NCBI GenBank assembly: GCA_945946655.1
Contig: CAMEWM010000002.1
Location: 48,927 to 112,926 of the forward strand
Direction of reading: 5' to 3'
Origin: an uncultured Clostridium sp.
GTDB taxonomy: Bacteria; Bacillota; Clostridia; TANB77; CAG-508
DNA length: 64,000 nucleotides
Below the pieces are notes generated by a model, which worked only from the letters and a program-made list of their open reading frames with translations, searched no databases and was not told the DNA's origin. Made by a program: the position numbers and the translations under genes. Below are positions 20,200 through 30,883 of the stretch, piece after piece; the first letter of the stretch is position 1, and each line of letters opens with the position of its first letter.

Positions 20200-21666
20200 G
20201 TGATTCTTTTGAGTAATACAAATGAAACAATGGTTCAATTTTTCGAATGGTATCTTCCTTCTGATGGTTTGTTTTGGCAAACTGTTGCAAATGAAGCTAA
20301 GTATCTTTCTGAAATAGGTATAAGTAGTATTTGGTTACCTCCCGCATATAAAGGGTCTGGTGGTATAGATGATGTCGGTTACGGAGTATACGATTTATAT
20401 GATTTAGGAGAATTTGATCAAAAAGGATCTATTAGGACAAAATATGGCACAAAAGATGAATATTTAAATGCCATAAAAATACTGCACGAAAACAACATAA
20501 AAGTTTTAGCTGATATTGTTTTTAATCAAAAAATGGGAGCAGATGAGACAGAAAAAGTTATTGCTCTAGAGGATAATCCTCAGAATAGAACAGAACAAAT
20601 CGGTGACCCTAAAGAAATTACTGCATGGACTAAATTTACATTTCCCGGAAGGCATGATACATACTCTTCTTTTAAATGGAACTGGACTCATTTTCATGGA
20701 ATTGATTGGGATGATGAAACTCAAAAATCTTCTATATTCCGATTCTATGGAAAACATTGGGATGAATCTGTGGATAAAGAGAATGGTAATTTTGATTATT
20801 TAATGGGATGTGATGTCGATTTAAATAATGTAGATGTTGTAGAGGAATTAATCAATTGGGGAAAATGGTACCTAGAAACAACCAATGTTGACGGCTTTAG
20901 AATGGACGCTGTAAAACACATACGAGCTTCTTTCTTTGAGGATTGGTTAAAGACTCTAAGAGAAACAACACAAAAAGATCTATTTACAGTAGGTGAATAC
21001 TGGAGTGGAAATATAGACGCCTTAAAAAACTATTTAAATAACACTAATAATATGTTATCTCTTTTTGATGTTCCTTTACATTATAATTTCTATAATGCAT
21101 GTCATAGTAATGGAACTTTTGATATGAGAACTATTTTTAGTAATACCTTGGTTGGAACAGTTCCAGAAAAAGCTGTAACTTTTGTTGACAACCATGATAC
21201 AGAACCTGGACAAGCATTAGAGTCTTGGATAGACGATTGGTTTAAACCTCTTGCATATTCGTTAATTCTTCTACGCAAAGACGGTTTACCTTGTATATTC
21301 TATGGTGATTTATATGGAATCCCAAGTAAAAATGTTTCTTCCAAAAAAGATATTTTAGAAAAATTGCTTTATGCAAGAACTCATTTTGCATACGGAGTAC
21401 AAACAGATTACTTTAATGACCCACATATTATAGCATGGGTTCGCGAAGGTGACTCAGAACGTTATAATTCTGGTATGGTAGTTATAATGACAAATTCTAA
21501 TGGCGGATGTTTGCAAATGAATGTTGGTAAACACTTAGCTAATTCAGTTTTATATGATTTTACTGGCAATTTGCAAGAGCAAGTATATGTGGATCAAGAA
21601 GGAAATGGTATTTTCTATGTTAATGGTGGAAGTGTTTCTATATGGGTAAAAAAAGACCAGAACTAA
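20200..21666 (+). CDS. Cytoplasmic alpha-amylase (GH13, AmyA/AmyL-like)
   Basis: TMVQFFEWYLP, YGVYDLYDLGEFDQKG..RTKYGT, DGFRMDAVKH, VGEYW, FVDNHDT; no signal peptide. Confidence 0.95.
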   Translation: MILLSNTNETMVQFFEWYLPSDGLFWQTVANEAKYLSEIGISSIWLPPAYKGSGGIDDVGYGVYDLYDLGEFDQKGSIRTKYGTKDEYLNAIKILHENNIKVLADIVFNQKMGADETEKVIALEDNPQNRTEQIGDPKEITAWTKFTFPGRHDTYSSFKWNWTHFHGIDWDDETQKSSIFRFYGKHWDESVDKENGNFDYLMGCDVDLNNVDVVEELINWGKWYLETTNVDGFRMDAVKHIRASFFEDWLKTLRETTQKDLFTVGEYWSGNIDALKNYLNNTNNMLSLFDVPLHYNFYNACHSNGTFDMRTIFSNTLVGTVPEKAVTFVDNHDTEPGQALESWIDDWFKPLAYSLILLRKDGLPCIFYGDLYGIPSKNVSSKKDILEKLLYARTHFAYGVQTDYFNDPHIIAWVREGDSERYNSGMVVIMTNSNGGCLQMNVGKHLANSVLYDFTGNLQEQVYVDQEGNGIFYVNGGSVSIWVKKDQN

Positions 21667-21682
21667 ATTCTGGTTTTTTTTT
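21648..21682. terminator. Terminator between the amylase gene and trmB
   Basis: A-tract-ACCAGAA-CTAAA-TTCTGGT-T-tract. Confidence 0.75.
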
Positions 21683-21683
21683 A

Positions 21684-22349
21684 TTACTTTTTTGCAATTA
21701 AAGCTTTAATTTTTATTCCCTGTTCTTTAAACATTTTTTCATGCTCTGTTTCTATATTACTTTCACCATTCCAAAAATCTTTCTCTCCCGCTAAATTGTA
21801 TGTTATCTTTTCAACTTTAAATCCAGCATCTTTAAAATATAAAATGCTATCATTGAATAGATTATCATCATCTGTCTTAAAATAAATTTCTCCTTCATTT
21901 GTTAAAAAAGTTCTATACTTATCTAGCTGTCTTGAATGGGTCAGTCTCTTCTTATGATGTTTTCCCCTTGGCCATGGATTACAAAAGTTTATATATATTC
22001 TTCCGATTTCGTCATTCTCATCAAAGATATTTAATATTCTATCAATATCATACCTTGTTATATAAACATTGTTTATTTCTTTATTTTCTTCTTTATAAAC
22101 ACTTTCTATATTTCTCTTAGCTAATCCTAACATTGCATCTACTAAATCTATGGCTATATAATTTATATTAGCTCTCTTACAAGCAAGCTGTGATATAAAG
22201 CTCCCTTTTCCACATCCTAGTTCTAAATGTATCGGATTCGAATTATTAAATAAACTTCTCCACTTTCCCTTATATTTTTCTGGTTCATCTATATAAAATT
22301 TGCTTGCTTCCAATTCAGGTCTTGCCCACTTTTTAAAACGTATTCTCAT
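21684..22349 (-). CDS. trmB: tRNA (guanine-N7)-methyltransferase
   Basis: LELGCGKG, NFCNPWPRGKHHKKRLTH, FKTDD, TEHE; promoter TTGAAA-17-TATAAT at 22380-22408. Confidence 0.95.
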   Translation of the reverse strand: MRIRFKKWARPELEASKFYIDEPEKYKGKWRSLFNNSNPIHLELGCGKGSFISQLACKRANINYIAIDLVDAMLGLAKRNIESVYKEENKEINNVYITRYDIDRILNIFDENDEIGRIYINFCNPWPRGKHHKKRLTHSRQLDKYRTFLTNEGEIYFKTDDDNLFNDSILYFKDAGFKVEKITYNLAGEKDFWNGESNIETEHEKMFKEQGIKIKALIAKK

Positions 22350-22491
22350 TCTGATTCCATCCTTTATTTTACTTATGATATTATACCTAAAAAGTATTAA
22401 TATTTCAACTCATAATCCTAAAAGATGTTCAAAAAAACTAAATACCAAATACTTCGTAAATACTATAGCATTAGTGTAAGTAAACATAAAA

Positions 22492-22520
22492 TTGCCTTTT
22501 TCCACTTTTTATGCTATAAT
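22492..22520 (+). promoter_or_regulatory. sigmaA-type promoter of the orphan gene
   Basis: TTGCCT-17 bp-TATAAT with extended TG. Confidence 0.65.
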
Positions 22521-22622
22521 ATAGATAGAAGTTTTGTATTAAGAATCATATCACCCCACATTTGGGAGGATTCGCTAATACTGAATTTTAAAAAATCAAT
22601 CAAAACAAAAGGAGACAAAAAC

Positions 22623-23405
22623 ATGAGTGAATTAACTATTTACAACGGCGGAGCATTCAAATCAGAACTGGAGACAGCAATGCGGAAATTAACCGAAACT
22701 GGTGAGGTTATCACAAGCCTCTCCAACATCTCTGGTACCAGCAATAATCAGACACTTGATGCTATGCTGAACGAGCAGAAGCTCATCCAGAAGCACCAGA
22801 TGGGGTATATATTAGGGCTCATCAAAGCCAACTATGATACTCTTCCTGATGCATTGGCGTCTCAGCAGAAGCTGGGTGGCGTTCCGCTGGACCTTTTGGT
22901 CAAGCTCAAGGTTGACGAGTTCGTTTTAATCCCTCGGGAGGAAAAACGAGTTAGCGATATGACCATCGAAAAAGAGTACTGGTCCAAATATCGCAGACTT
23001 TCCGAAACCATCTGTGGCTTTGGCTACAACATGTACTTCATCAAAGAACGGTTTGAACGTTTCTTCCCTGATGGAATGCATGAGTTCGTCTTAGGCTTTG
23101 CAGAAGGTTATAGCTTTGGTTTTCACGCCATTGCCGCTGCATCCGGAGTTGAAACAATCACTACTAACCCAAAGACCCAGGATATCTGGAGAAATTGGGA
23201 ATTCTTCCTAAAGCATGACTGCCATGAGTACCGTCTGGATGGGTCATATCTCTATATGTACCACGGTGGTGCAAATTGCAGCTCTGATCCGAATGTACCT
23301 TATGGCAACAACGTCAAACTGGTGAACAAGGGCGTTTATCAGAAGTTAAAGGCACGCAGAATCGATTCTAATTTTTCCAACAAGGAATTTGATTTTGGTT
23401 TCTAA
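22623..23405 (+). CDS. Orphan hypothetical protein (260 aa) with elevated GC
   Basis: AAAGGAG RBS before ATG 22623 (track start 22425 looks spurious); hand-counted 60-mers are about 40-47% GC; no known motif. Confidence 0.75.
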   Translation: MSELTIYNGGAFKSELETAMRKLTETGEVITSLSNISGTSNNQTLDAMLNEQKLIQKHQMGYILGLIKANYDTLPDALASQQKLGGVPLDLLVKLKVDEFVLIPREEKRVSDMTIEKEYWSKYRRLSETICGFGYNMYFIKERFERFFPDGMHEFVLGFAEGYSFGFHAIAAASGVETITTNPKTQDIWRNWEFFLKHDCHEYRLDGSYLYMYHGGANCSSDPNVPYGNNVKLVNKGVYQKLKARRIDSNFSNKEFDFGF

Positions 23406-23428
23406 GTAACTCAGTGATTCAGTATTAA

Positions 23429-23465
23429 GAAAGGGCTCGTACTGCATAGCAGTGCGAGTCCTTTC
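23429..23465 (+). terminator. Long GC-rich hairpin (17-bp stem, terminator-like)
   Basis: GAAAGGGCTCGTACTGC-ATA-GCAGTGCGAGTCCTTTC, with G-U pairs. Confidence 0.75.
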
Positions 23466-23499
23466 ACATTTTACAATTATACTGTTAATATATTAAGTT

Positions 23500-24576
23500 T
23501 TATTTTACATATTCATTTAAAGGTTTAGTTCTATATTGTAGGTCTCCCATTTTTTCAGTTGTTACATATCCCGGAACAGCATTTATTACATCAGGAATTC
23601 TATTTACTACCGTCGCACATGTAAGTTCTACTGTTGCAGGTTTTGCTACTGTAATTGTCGTATCTGGTTCTCCGTATACTGTCCACTCATTCTTGTCATA
23701 CTCTTCTGGAGAATATACTTTTCCTATACATTCGCTTTCTATTGTTATTCCCTCTTCTGTCTGAGTAGTTACAACAGCACTCATGCCTGTTGCATCACCA
23801 GCTTTTACTGTTGCACCTAATGTTGTTGAATATATATCCTCTTTATATGTTGTAGGAATTGTTACTTGTGTTTGTGATTTTATAGTTAAACCTAATTTAG
23901 AGCATAGCCATCCATTTACATTCCACATATATGATGGTAAATATTCTCCTGATTCTATAATTTTTTGTCTTTCTTCATCGCTGATTCTATCTACAGAAGC
24001 TACTTGTTTATCAAATTCATCAAGAGTTAGTCCTGAACCATGTGCTCTTGCAAGTGCAATTCCATAATCTTCTACATTATAGCTTGAACTTCCTTTTATT
24101 TTAGTTATTTTGTGTGTTGATGCAGCTATTGCTGTAATTAATTGTCCCCAATAAATATCTTGATATCCGCTTCCTGTTATTGTACAACCAGTTTGTTTCG
24201 CCATTTCATCAATTTCTTTTGTTACTGCTGGATTTGAATTCCATGGGAAGAATGCTTCTTCACATGTAGTTATTGCATTAATTCCTAGTCTTGCACATAA
24301 CATTAGTGCTTCTCTTACATCTTTTAATAAACTCATAGTTGTTACTATCGCAATATCTGGCTTTGTTGTCTTTAGCATTTCTTCTGCCTCTTCTAGAGCT
24401 GTGACTTTTACTCCTATGTCGGCATTTCCCATTACAGCACCTATATCTTTTCCTATAACATTTGGATTTACATCTATTGCTCCAACAACTTCTCCTCCTT
24501 TTTCTAATACATAGCGCATTGTATAAACAGCCATTTTTCCAGTTCCAAATTGTACTACTCTTACTTTTCTTTCCAT
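23500..24576 (-). CDS. NAD(P)H-dependent amine dehydrogenase / 2,4-diaminopentanoate dehydrogenase-like (DapB-like N-terminus)
   Basis: VVQFGTGKMA Rossmann motif, TTCEEAFFPW, ITGSGYQD, ATVVNRIPDVINAVPG. Confidence 0.85.
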   Translation of the reverse strand: MERKVRVVQFGTGKMAVYTMRYVLEKGGEVVGAIDVNPNVIGKDIGAVMGNADIGVKVTALEEAEEMLKTTKPDIAIVTTMSLLKDVREALMLCARLGINAITTCEEAFFPWNSNPAVTKEIDEMAKQTGCTITGSGYQDIYWGQLITAIAASTHKITKIKGSSSYNVEDYGIALARAHGSGLTLDEFDKQVASVDRISDEERQKIIESGEYLPSYMWNVNGWLCSKLGLTIKSQTQVTIPTTYKEDIYSTTLGATVKAGDATGMSAVVTTQTEEGITIESECIGKVYSPEEYDKNEWTVYGEPDTTITVAKPATVELTCATVVNRIPDVINAVPGYVTTEKMGDLQYRTKPLNEYVK

Positions 24577-24652
24577 ATAAAACCTCCTTAATATTAGCTA
24601 TAATTAGCTTTTTATATAAATATTATAACTTAATATAAATATTATATACATT

Positions 24653-25354
24653 TTAAAATTTCGTTATATTTTGAAAAAACTTGATTATTCCTTGGAATAT
24701 TCCTATAAATATATTAACTAATATTCGTATTAAAAAATTATCATTATATAAATTAATTAGCCATTCATGTGTTGACGGTATTACCCATAATAAAAAGAAT
24801 ATAAATATCAAGATTAATATTACTAAACCAATCAATAAGAAATCTTTAAATGTCCATCTATGTTTTATTTTAAATCCTAAACTTCTAAAATAATTCTCAT
24901 ATTGCCTTCTATATTCTTCATTTGCCTCTTTTTCTATTTTCTTTATAACCTTTTTTTGCTCTTTAGGACTCAATTTTGCAAATTGACTTCGCCAATCATT
25001 CGGATCATTTTGTTTTGCTGTATCATTCATATTCGTTGATTCTCTATAATCTTTAGTCTGACTTTGACTATGATAATTTATGTTTTCTGAATTACTTGTA
25101 TATGAATCATCATTATGAATATTTTGTGCTTCTTGTTCTTCTAATTTTCTATCATATTCACTTCTTTTTTCTTCATTACTTAATATGTCATATGCTTCAT
25201 TTATTTTTTTCATCATTTCTTCTGCATATGCTCTATTTTCTGGAGTCTGTAAATCGGGGTGATATTTCTTTGCAAGGGTTCTATATGCTTTATCTATTAC
25301 TTCTTTTGACGCCTTTCTACTTACCTCTAATATATCATATAATGTTTCCATCAC
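24653..25354 (-). CDS. DnaJ-domain protein with C-terminal membrane segments
   Basis: [32 protein letters not shown]; hydrophobic C-terminus. Confidence 0.9.
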   Translation of the reverse strand: MMETLYDILEVSRKASKEVIDKAYRTLAKKYHPDLQTPENRAYAEEMMKKINEAYDILSNEEKRSEYDRKLEEQEAQNIHNDDSYTSNSENINYHSQSQTKDYRESTNMNDTAKQNDPNDWRSQFAKLSPKEQKKVIKKIEKEANEEYRRQYENYFRSLGFKIKHRWTFKDFLLIGLVILILIFIFFLLWVIPSTHEWLINLYNDNFLIRILVNIFIGIFQGIIKFFQNITKF

Positions 25355-25485
25355 TTACCTCTTATTTCATAATTACTATTAGTATAACATTAAAATTTTA
25401 AAAATAATAGTATTTTTCCAATTTTTATGTTATAATGAATTCAATGTTTTTAGGCATTGAATTTACATATATGGAGTGAAGTAAT

Positions 25486-26022
25486 TTGAAATTAGCGTCA
25501 GATGATGAAACATTAGCTGAAAACAAGGTTCTAATTCTTTACGTTTTAGAAAAAGCTAATAAACCACTAACAAATGATGTATTGTATAAAATAGTATTAG
25601 CAGCAGTTGATATGAATTATTTTTACTTTCAACAGTTTATGCTAGATTTGATAAATGTAGGATACATTTTTTCTTTTCAAAAAGAAGATCAGACATTGTA
25701 CCAGATAACTGATAATGGTAAAACAACACTAGATTTAACTTTAGATTTACTACCAGGAATTATAAAATTAAAAGCAGATACTAATTTAAAGCCAATATTG
25801 GATAGCTCTGAAGAAGAACAATCTATTGTCGCAGAATATACACCTCTTAGTGAGAATCATTACACCATTATTTGTAAAGTTGTTGAAAATAACGAAACTG
25901 TTTTTGAAGTAAAAACTTTTGCTGGCTCTCGCGAACAAGCTAAAGAAATTGTAGATAATTGGCAAAATAATGCGGACAGTATATATCCTAAAATATTGGA
26001 TATTTTAACGAAAAAGCAATAA
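25486..26022 (+). CDS. DUF4364-like winged-helix protein
   Basis: LAENKVLILYVL..MNYFYFQQF..YQITDNGKTTL pattern typical of the clostridial family. Confidence 0.75.
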   Translation: MKLASDDETLAENKVLILYVLEKANKPLTNDVLYKIVLAAVDMNYFYFQQFMLDLINVGYIFSFQKEDQTLYQITDNGKTTLDLTLDLLPGIIKLKADTNLKPILDSSEEEQSIVAEYTPLSENHYTIICKVVENNETVFEVKTFAGSREQAKEIVDNWQNNADSIYPKILDILTKKQ

Positions 26023-26094
26023 AAAAAAGATAAATCTCTTAATCCATTTAAATATTTATTTTCAATATGAATTATTTGATTTATCTTTTTTATT

Positions 26095-27534
26095 TTAATA
26101 TTGTCTTCCCCATACTACCATTGTATCAGCTGGCTTTCCACAATATACGCACTTTTCACCAATATGTTCTTGCTCAAATGGTATACATCTTGATTTAGCT
26201 CCTGTTAGCTCATGTATCTTCTCTTCACATTCAGCACTGCCGCACCACATGGTTTTGATATACCCCTGATTTTCATTAATTTTTTCAGTGAATTCATCCA
26301 TGTTTATAGCTATATTTGTTCTTTTTTCTCTTACTTCTTTTGCCATATTGTACATATTAGTATGAATATCTTCCAATAATTTTGTAATTTCTTCTTCTAT
26401 ATTATCTAAACTAATCGTAGATTTTTCTAATGTGTCTCTTCTTACTACAATGCATTGATTATTCTCTATATCCCTTGGTCCTATTTCTATTCTAACTGGA
26501 ACACCTTTCATTTCCCAATAATTAAACTTGTATCCTGGAGTATATTGTTCTCTTGAATCTAATTTAGTTCTAAAACTTTTCTTTAGCTTTGCCTCTAACT
26601 CGGTTGCTTTTTCTATAACTCCTGCTTTGTTTGCAGCAACTGGTACAATAACAACTTGTATTGGTGCGACTTTTGGTGGTAGTTTTAATCCTCTATTATC
26701 TCCATGAGCCATTATAACTGCACCTATTAATCTTGTAGATATACCCCATGAAGTTTGATATGCATATTCCTGCTTTCCTTCTCTATTTTGGAATTTTACA
26801 TCAAAAGGTTTTGTAAAATTCTGACCAAAATAATGTGAAGTTCCTCCTTGTAGGGCTCTACCATCTAACATTAATGTTTCAACCGTATATGTTGCTTCTG
26901 CTCCGGCAAATTTTTCTGTTTCTGTTTTTCTTCCTTTTAATACTGGAATCGCTAGAAGATTTTCTATTACATCTTGATATACATCTAGCATTTCCAAAGT
27001 AAATTTTTCTGCTTCTTCTGCAGTCTCATGTATCGTATGTCCTTCTTGCCATAGAAATTCTCTAGAACGTAAGAATGGCCTTGTTTCTTTTTCCCATCTT
27101 ACGACATTACACCATTGATTATATATATATGGTAAATCTCTCCAAGAGCTTAACCATTTTGAATACATGGTATCAAAAATTGTTTCTGATGTAGGTCTTA
27201 TACAAAGCCTTTCGTCTAGTTCTTGACCTCCTCCTGTAGTAACCCATGCTACTTCTGGTGCAAATCCCTCTACGTGATCTTTCTCTTTATTTAATAAACT
27301 TTCTGGAATTAATAAAGGCATTGATAAGTTTTCAACTCCATGCTCCTTAAATTTATTATCTGCATATTTTTGTATATTTTCCCATATTGCATATCCATAA
27401 GGACGTATTGATATAAATCCTTTAACTGCTGTATAGTCAGCAAGTTCTGCTTTTTTTACGATATCTGTATACCATTGTGCAAAGTCATCTTCTATATTTG
27501 TAATTTCCTTTACAAAATCATTATTTTTTTCCAT
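26095..27534 (-). CDS. proS: Proline-tRNA ligase (archaeal/eukaryotic type)
   Basis: [46 protein letters not shown]-terminal WGRQY; start set to ATG 27534. Confidence 0.97.
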   Translation of the reverse strand: MEKNNDFVKEITNIEDDFAQWYTDIVKKAELADYTAVKGFISIRPYGYAIWENIQKYADNKFKEHGVENLSMPLLIPESLLNKEKDHVEGFAPEVAWVTTGGGQELDERLCIRPTSETIFDTMYSKWLSSWRDLPYIYNQWCNVVRWEKETRPFLRSREFLWQEGHTIHETAEEAEKFTLEMLDVYQDVIENLLAIPVLKGRKTETEKFAGAEATYTVETLMLDGRALQGGTSHYFGQNFTKPFDVKFQNREGKQEYAYQTSWGISTRLIGAVIMAHGDNRGLKLPPKVAPIQVVIVPVAANKAGVIEKATELEAKLKKSFRTKLDSREQYTPGYKFNYWEMKGVPVRIEIGPRDIENNQCIVVRRDTLEKSTISLDNIEEEITKLLEDIHTNMYNMAKEVREKRTNIAINMDEFTEKINENQGYIKTMWCGSAECEEKIHELTGAKSRCIPFEQEHIGEKCVYCGKPADTMVVWGRQY

Positions 27535-27548
27535 ATTCTTCAATCCCT

Positions 27549-28166
27549 TCATAAATTATTTGTTGATTCCTTATTATTAATTTCACACTCTCCCTCTCGG
27601 GGCATTGGAGCCTCCATGATATCGTCGATTACTATTTGTTCATTTTCATCTAATTTATATCTAGGTAAATCTGGCAATTCTTCTAATGATGTAATTCCAA
27701 ACATTTTCAAAAAATTCTCTGTTACTCCATACATAGTAGGTCTACCAGGTAAATCCGCTTTTCCTACATTTTCTATTAGATTATACTCCAATAATTTATA
27801 TATAGTACCATCAGAATTAACACCTCTTATAGCCTCAATTTCTGCTCTTGTAATTTTAGGATTATATGCAATTATTGCTAACGTTTCCATTGATGCCTGA
27901 GATAAGTTTGGTTTACTTCTTTTATCAAATATTGGATATAGGTACTCATACATTTCTTTCTTGGTAGCTAGTTGGTATCCATCTTCAACCTTAATTATCT
28001 CAATTCCTCTATCGTTTTTAGCATAGTCAGCCTGCATATCATTTATTATAGAAATAACTTCATCTGAAGTTACTTCTAAGATTGCCATTAATTCATTTAT
28101 TTTTATTACTCTTCCAGCAGAAAAAAGTATTGCTTCCACTATTGCTTTTTGTTTCTCTAATTCCAT
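27549..28166 (-). CDS. scpB: SMC-Scp complex subunit ScpB
   Basis: [54 protein letters not shown]; start set to ATG 28166. Confidence 0.95.
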   Translation of the reverse strand: MELEKQKAIVEAILFSAGRVIKINELMAILEVTSDEVISIINDMQADYAKNDRGIEIIKVEDGYQLATKKEMYEYLYPIFDKRSKPNLSQASMETLAIIAYNPKITRAEIEAIRGVNSDGTIYKLLEYNLIENVGKADLPGRPTMYGVTENFLKMFGITSLEELPDLPRYKLDENEQIVIDDIMEAPMPREGECEINNKESTNNL

Positions 28167-28339
28167 TTTACAGCATTTTCCTTCCTTGAAGAAAATTTTA
28201 TATGCATTTATTATACACTGTAAACTAAAATTGGTCAATCCTTTACTACTTCTTTGTTTTACTGTTATGTAAATATTCCCTTGAAATATTAGCAAAAATA
28301 TGGTATGATATCAATAGTTTTGATAGTGGGGTGTATAAT

Positions 28340-28492
28340 ATGGATAAAGAAGAGAAAAAAGATATTGAAGTAGTTTCTGGGGATGGAACAGATTTAAACA
28401 TATCTCCTGTTTACGATAATCTTGATATTGCAAAACCTGATGAAGATACAAATACTAAAAAGAATGTTATAATACCAGACGTAAAAAAATAA
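28340..28492 (+). CDS. Small acidic hypothetical protein (50 aa, MDKEEKKDIEVVSGDGTDLNISPVYDNLDIAKPDEDTNTKKNVIIPDVKK)
   Basis: GGGGTG RBS, upstream TATGAT -10, followed at once by the hairpin AAAGATCATAATG..CATTATGGTCTTT; below the ORF-track cutoff. Confidence 0.7.
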   Translation: MDKEEKKDIEVVSGDGTDLNISPVYDNLDIAKPDEDTNTKKNVIIPDVKK

Positions 28493-28610
28493 AGATCATA
28501 ATGTTACATTATGGTCTTTATTCTTGCTTATCACCCAAAACTTGCAATATTAGTAAAAATATGGTATCATATAATTATGTTAAGTAAAAATATATGAATG
28601 GAGGTTTTTT

Positions 28611-29234
28611 ATGTCAATAGTAGTTGAATTCTCTGGAACACCAGATGCAGGAAAAACAACAGTTTTAAATTCTTTATATTCTGAATTTAAAAAGCAAGGT
28701 AAACATGTTATTCTTTTAGGTGAAGCTAATGGGGAAAAATTGCCACCTCATAATTTAAGAGGTACTCTTGCATATAATGAGTGGGTTGGTAGAAATGCTT
28801 GTAATGGTATTATGGAAGCATTGAAAAAAAATCCGGATTTACTGTTAGTAGATAGAGGATTATTAGATTTTAGATTCTGGAATTATTTCTATGAGCAAAA
28901 TGGAAAAGCTACTCATGATGAAGTACAAGCTTTACAAGCAAAACCTGAATTTAATGATAAAGCTTTAGTCCCAGATTTATTTCTTGCCGTAACAGTTTCT
29001 TTAGAAGAAGCAATCAGAAGAAATCCATCTTTGGCACAAAAAGCTGATTGGGTTGAAAATCACAACGCTTTATTTGATTCTTTTTACAGATCTTATAAGG
29101 GGCCAAAATCAACATTAGATACCACTCAATTATCAAGAGAAGGAGTTATTAGTTCTTCTTTAGATATTATATATGATCAATTTCCAGAATTAAAACCTAC
29201 TCCTCATCAAGATGCAGGAGATATTGAAAAATAA
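28611..29234 (+). CDS. P-loop nucleoside-monophosphate/thymidylate kinase-like protein
   Basis: EFSGTPDAGKTT Walker A, LLVDRGLLD (DR motif), PDL. Confidence 0.75.
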   Translation: MSIVVEFSGTPDAGKTTVLNSLYSEFKKQGKHVILLGEANGEKLPPHNLRGTLAYNEWVGRNACNGIMEALKKNPDLLLVDRGLLDFRFWNYFYEQNGKATHDEVQALQAKPEFNDKALVPDLFLAVTVSLEEAIRRNPSLAQKADWVENHNALFDSFYRSYKGPKSTLDTTQLSREGVISSSLDIIYDQFPELKPTPHQDAGDIEK

Positions 29235-29262
29235 AAGTATCGTAATTTACGATACTTTTATT
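29230..29262. terminator. Bidirectional terminator
   Basis: AATAAAAGTATCGTA-ATT-TACGATACTTTTATT. Confidence 0.8.
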
Positions 29263-30103
29263 TTTTATAGTTTTTTATCTTATCTAACATATCAGGAATA
29301 TCTGTAATTATATTATCATCTTTTCCTCTTCCAATGATTACTCCCGGAGTAGTTATTGGTCCATGAAAATCACTGCCTGCAGTTATTAACATATCATTTT
29401 CATTAGCAATTTTCTTTAACTTATTTATGTCTTCTTTTGTATGAATATTATTATAACATTCTATACCATCAAGACCATATGATTTTAATTCTTTTATTTC
29501 TTTATTTAATTCATCATCATTTAATTTTAAAGTCACTGGATGTGCAATTACTGCAATTCCTCCTGCATTTTTTATTAAATCAATAGCTTGCTTAGGAGTA
29601 ATTGATTGTCTTTTAATATTTTTCATTGGAGGGACATTAAAATAATTTGTATATGCCTCTTCTATATCATTTATATATCCATTATCATATAGAGCTCTTG
29701 CAAAGTGTGGTTTTGCTATTATACTACCAATTGCATATTTTTTTACCTGTTCTAATGTAATTTTTACGTTTTGTTTATGAAATTCTTCTATGAATTCCAT
29801 GTTTCTATCATCTCTATCTTTTCGCAAAGTCTCCATTGCTTGCATAAAGTCTTTATCTTTATAATCCATGTAATAACCTAATATATGCATTTTCCCCTTT
29901 TCAACTTTAGCATTTAATTCTATTGCAGGTATTACCTCGACACCTATTTTCTCTCCTTCTTCAATAGCCTCTTCTAGTCCAGCAACAGTATCATGGTCCG
30001 CTATGGCAATTGTCTCTACATTATTCTCTTTCGCCATTTTTATAACATCTTTCGGATTATACTCTCCATCAGACGCAGTTGTATGTACATGTAAATCTAT
30101 CAT
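29258..30103 (-). CDS. PHP-domain phosphoesterase (TrpH/YciV-like)
   Basis: IDLHVHTTASDG, IADHDT, HILGY, IAHP, TAGSDFHG. Confidence 0.92.
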   Translation of the reverse strand: MIDLHVHTTASDGEYNPKDVIKMAKENNVETIAIADHDTVAGLEEAIEEGEKIGVEVIPAIELNAKVEKGKMHILGYYMDYKDKDFMQAMETLRKDRDDRNMEFIEEFHKQNVKITLEQVKKYAIGSIIAKPHFARALYDNGYINDIEEAYTNYFNVPPMKNIKRQSITPKQAIDLIKNAGGIAVIAHPVTLKLNDDELNKEIKELKSYGLDGIECYNNIHTKEDINKLKKIANENDMLITAGSDFHGPITTPGVIIGRGKDDNIITDIPDMLDKIKNYKK

Positions 30104-30112
30104 ACCTTTTTC

Positions 30113-30883
30113 CTACCTTAAAATAATTTCTTTACTATATTTTATAGCTTTTTCCAATTCACCAGGTCCTTTCATTCTATGATCAGCACCAGGTATTATA
30201 AATAATTTTATATTTTGTTTATGTTGTTCTATAAATTCTTTTGTATCTAATATTGGAGCAATATCATCTTGGTCCCCTTGTATAATATACATATTTGGAG
30301 TCTCTTTATTCTCGAATATTTTAAATATATCATTCTCTTCTAGTTCTTCTAAGAAACTATATGGTACTAGCATTTCTCTTTCAAAACCAAGTTTTGTATA
30401 TCCTCTTTTTTTATATTCATCTAGGCTCTCTCTCAATAATGTATTTTTATATATTTCACCCATTCTTATGGCTGGAGAACGTAATATTATATTTTTATAT
30501 TTTTTATCATTTCTAGCAATATTAATTAATGTAATATATGCTCCGAAGCTTGTCGCAAAAATACTTACTGGAATATTTCCATATGTATCTATTACAAATT
30601 TTTCTATATCATTTATGTCTTGTATACAATTATCAATAGTTAATTTATCTGCATCAACTTCACTTTTTCCATGTCCAGGAAAATCAAAACAAATAACTCC
30701 TACATTATTTCTATTCATTTCATCTGCCAATGCTTCTATTGCTGAGCTTTCCTTATCTCCTGCAAAGCCATGGCATGCTATTATTATTTCTTTCATTTCT
30801 CCTGCTGGTATATATATCTTTGTATCTATTTTATAAGATTTACCATTAACCTCTATCAATTTCATCTGATTCTTGTTCTCCAT
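30113..30883 (-). CDS. Alpha/beta hydrolase (start 30883 or 30865, overlapping the upstream gene)
   Basis: CHGFAG, FDFPGHGKS, ATSFG nucleophile, QGDQDD, GADH. Confidence 0.88.
   Translation of the reverse strand: MENKNQMKLIEVNGKSYKIDTKIYIPAGEMKEIIIACHGFAGDKESSAIEALADEMNRNNVGVICFDFPGHGKSEVDADKLTIDNCIQDINDIEKFVIDTYGNIPVSIFATSFGAYITLINIARNDKKYKNIILRSPAIRMGEIYKNTLLRESLDEYKKRGYTKLGFEREMLVPYSFLEELEENDIFKIFENKETPNMYIIQGDQDDIAPILDTKEFIEQHKQNIKLFIIPGADHRMKGPGELEKAIKYSKEIILR

Noticed and set aside
22425-22622. N-terminal extension of the 326-aa track ORF
   Set aside because: It spans the promoter and leader; the RBS supports ATG 22623
30846-30883. Acidic C-terminal tail (EQESDEIDRG) as a secretion signal shared with QDAGDIEK and DQDRQIGE
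   Set aside because: This tail is explained by overlap with the next gene's start, and the others are too dissimilar to call a motif
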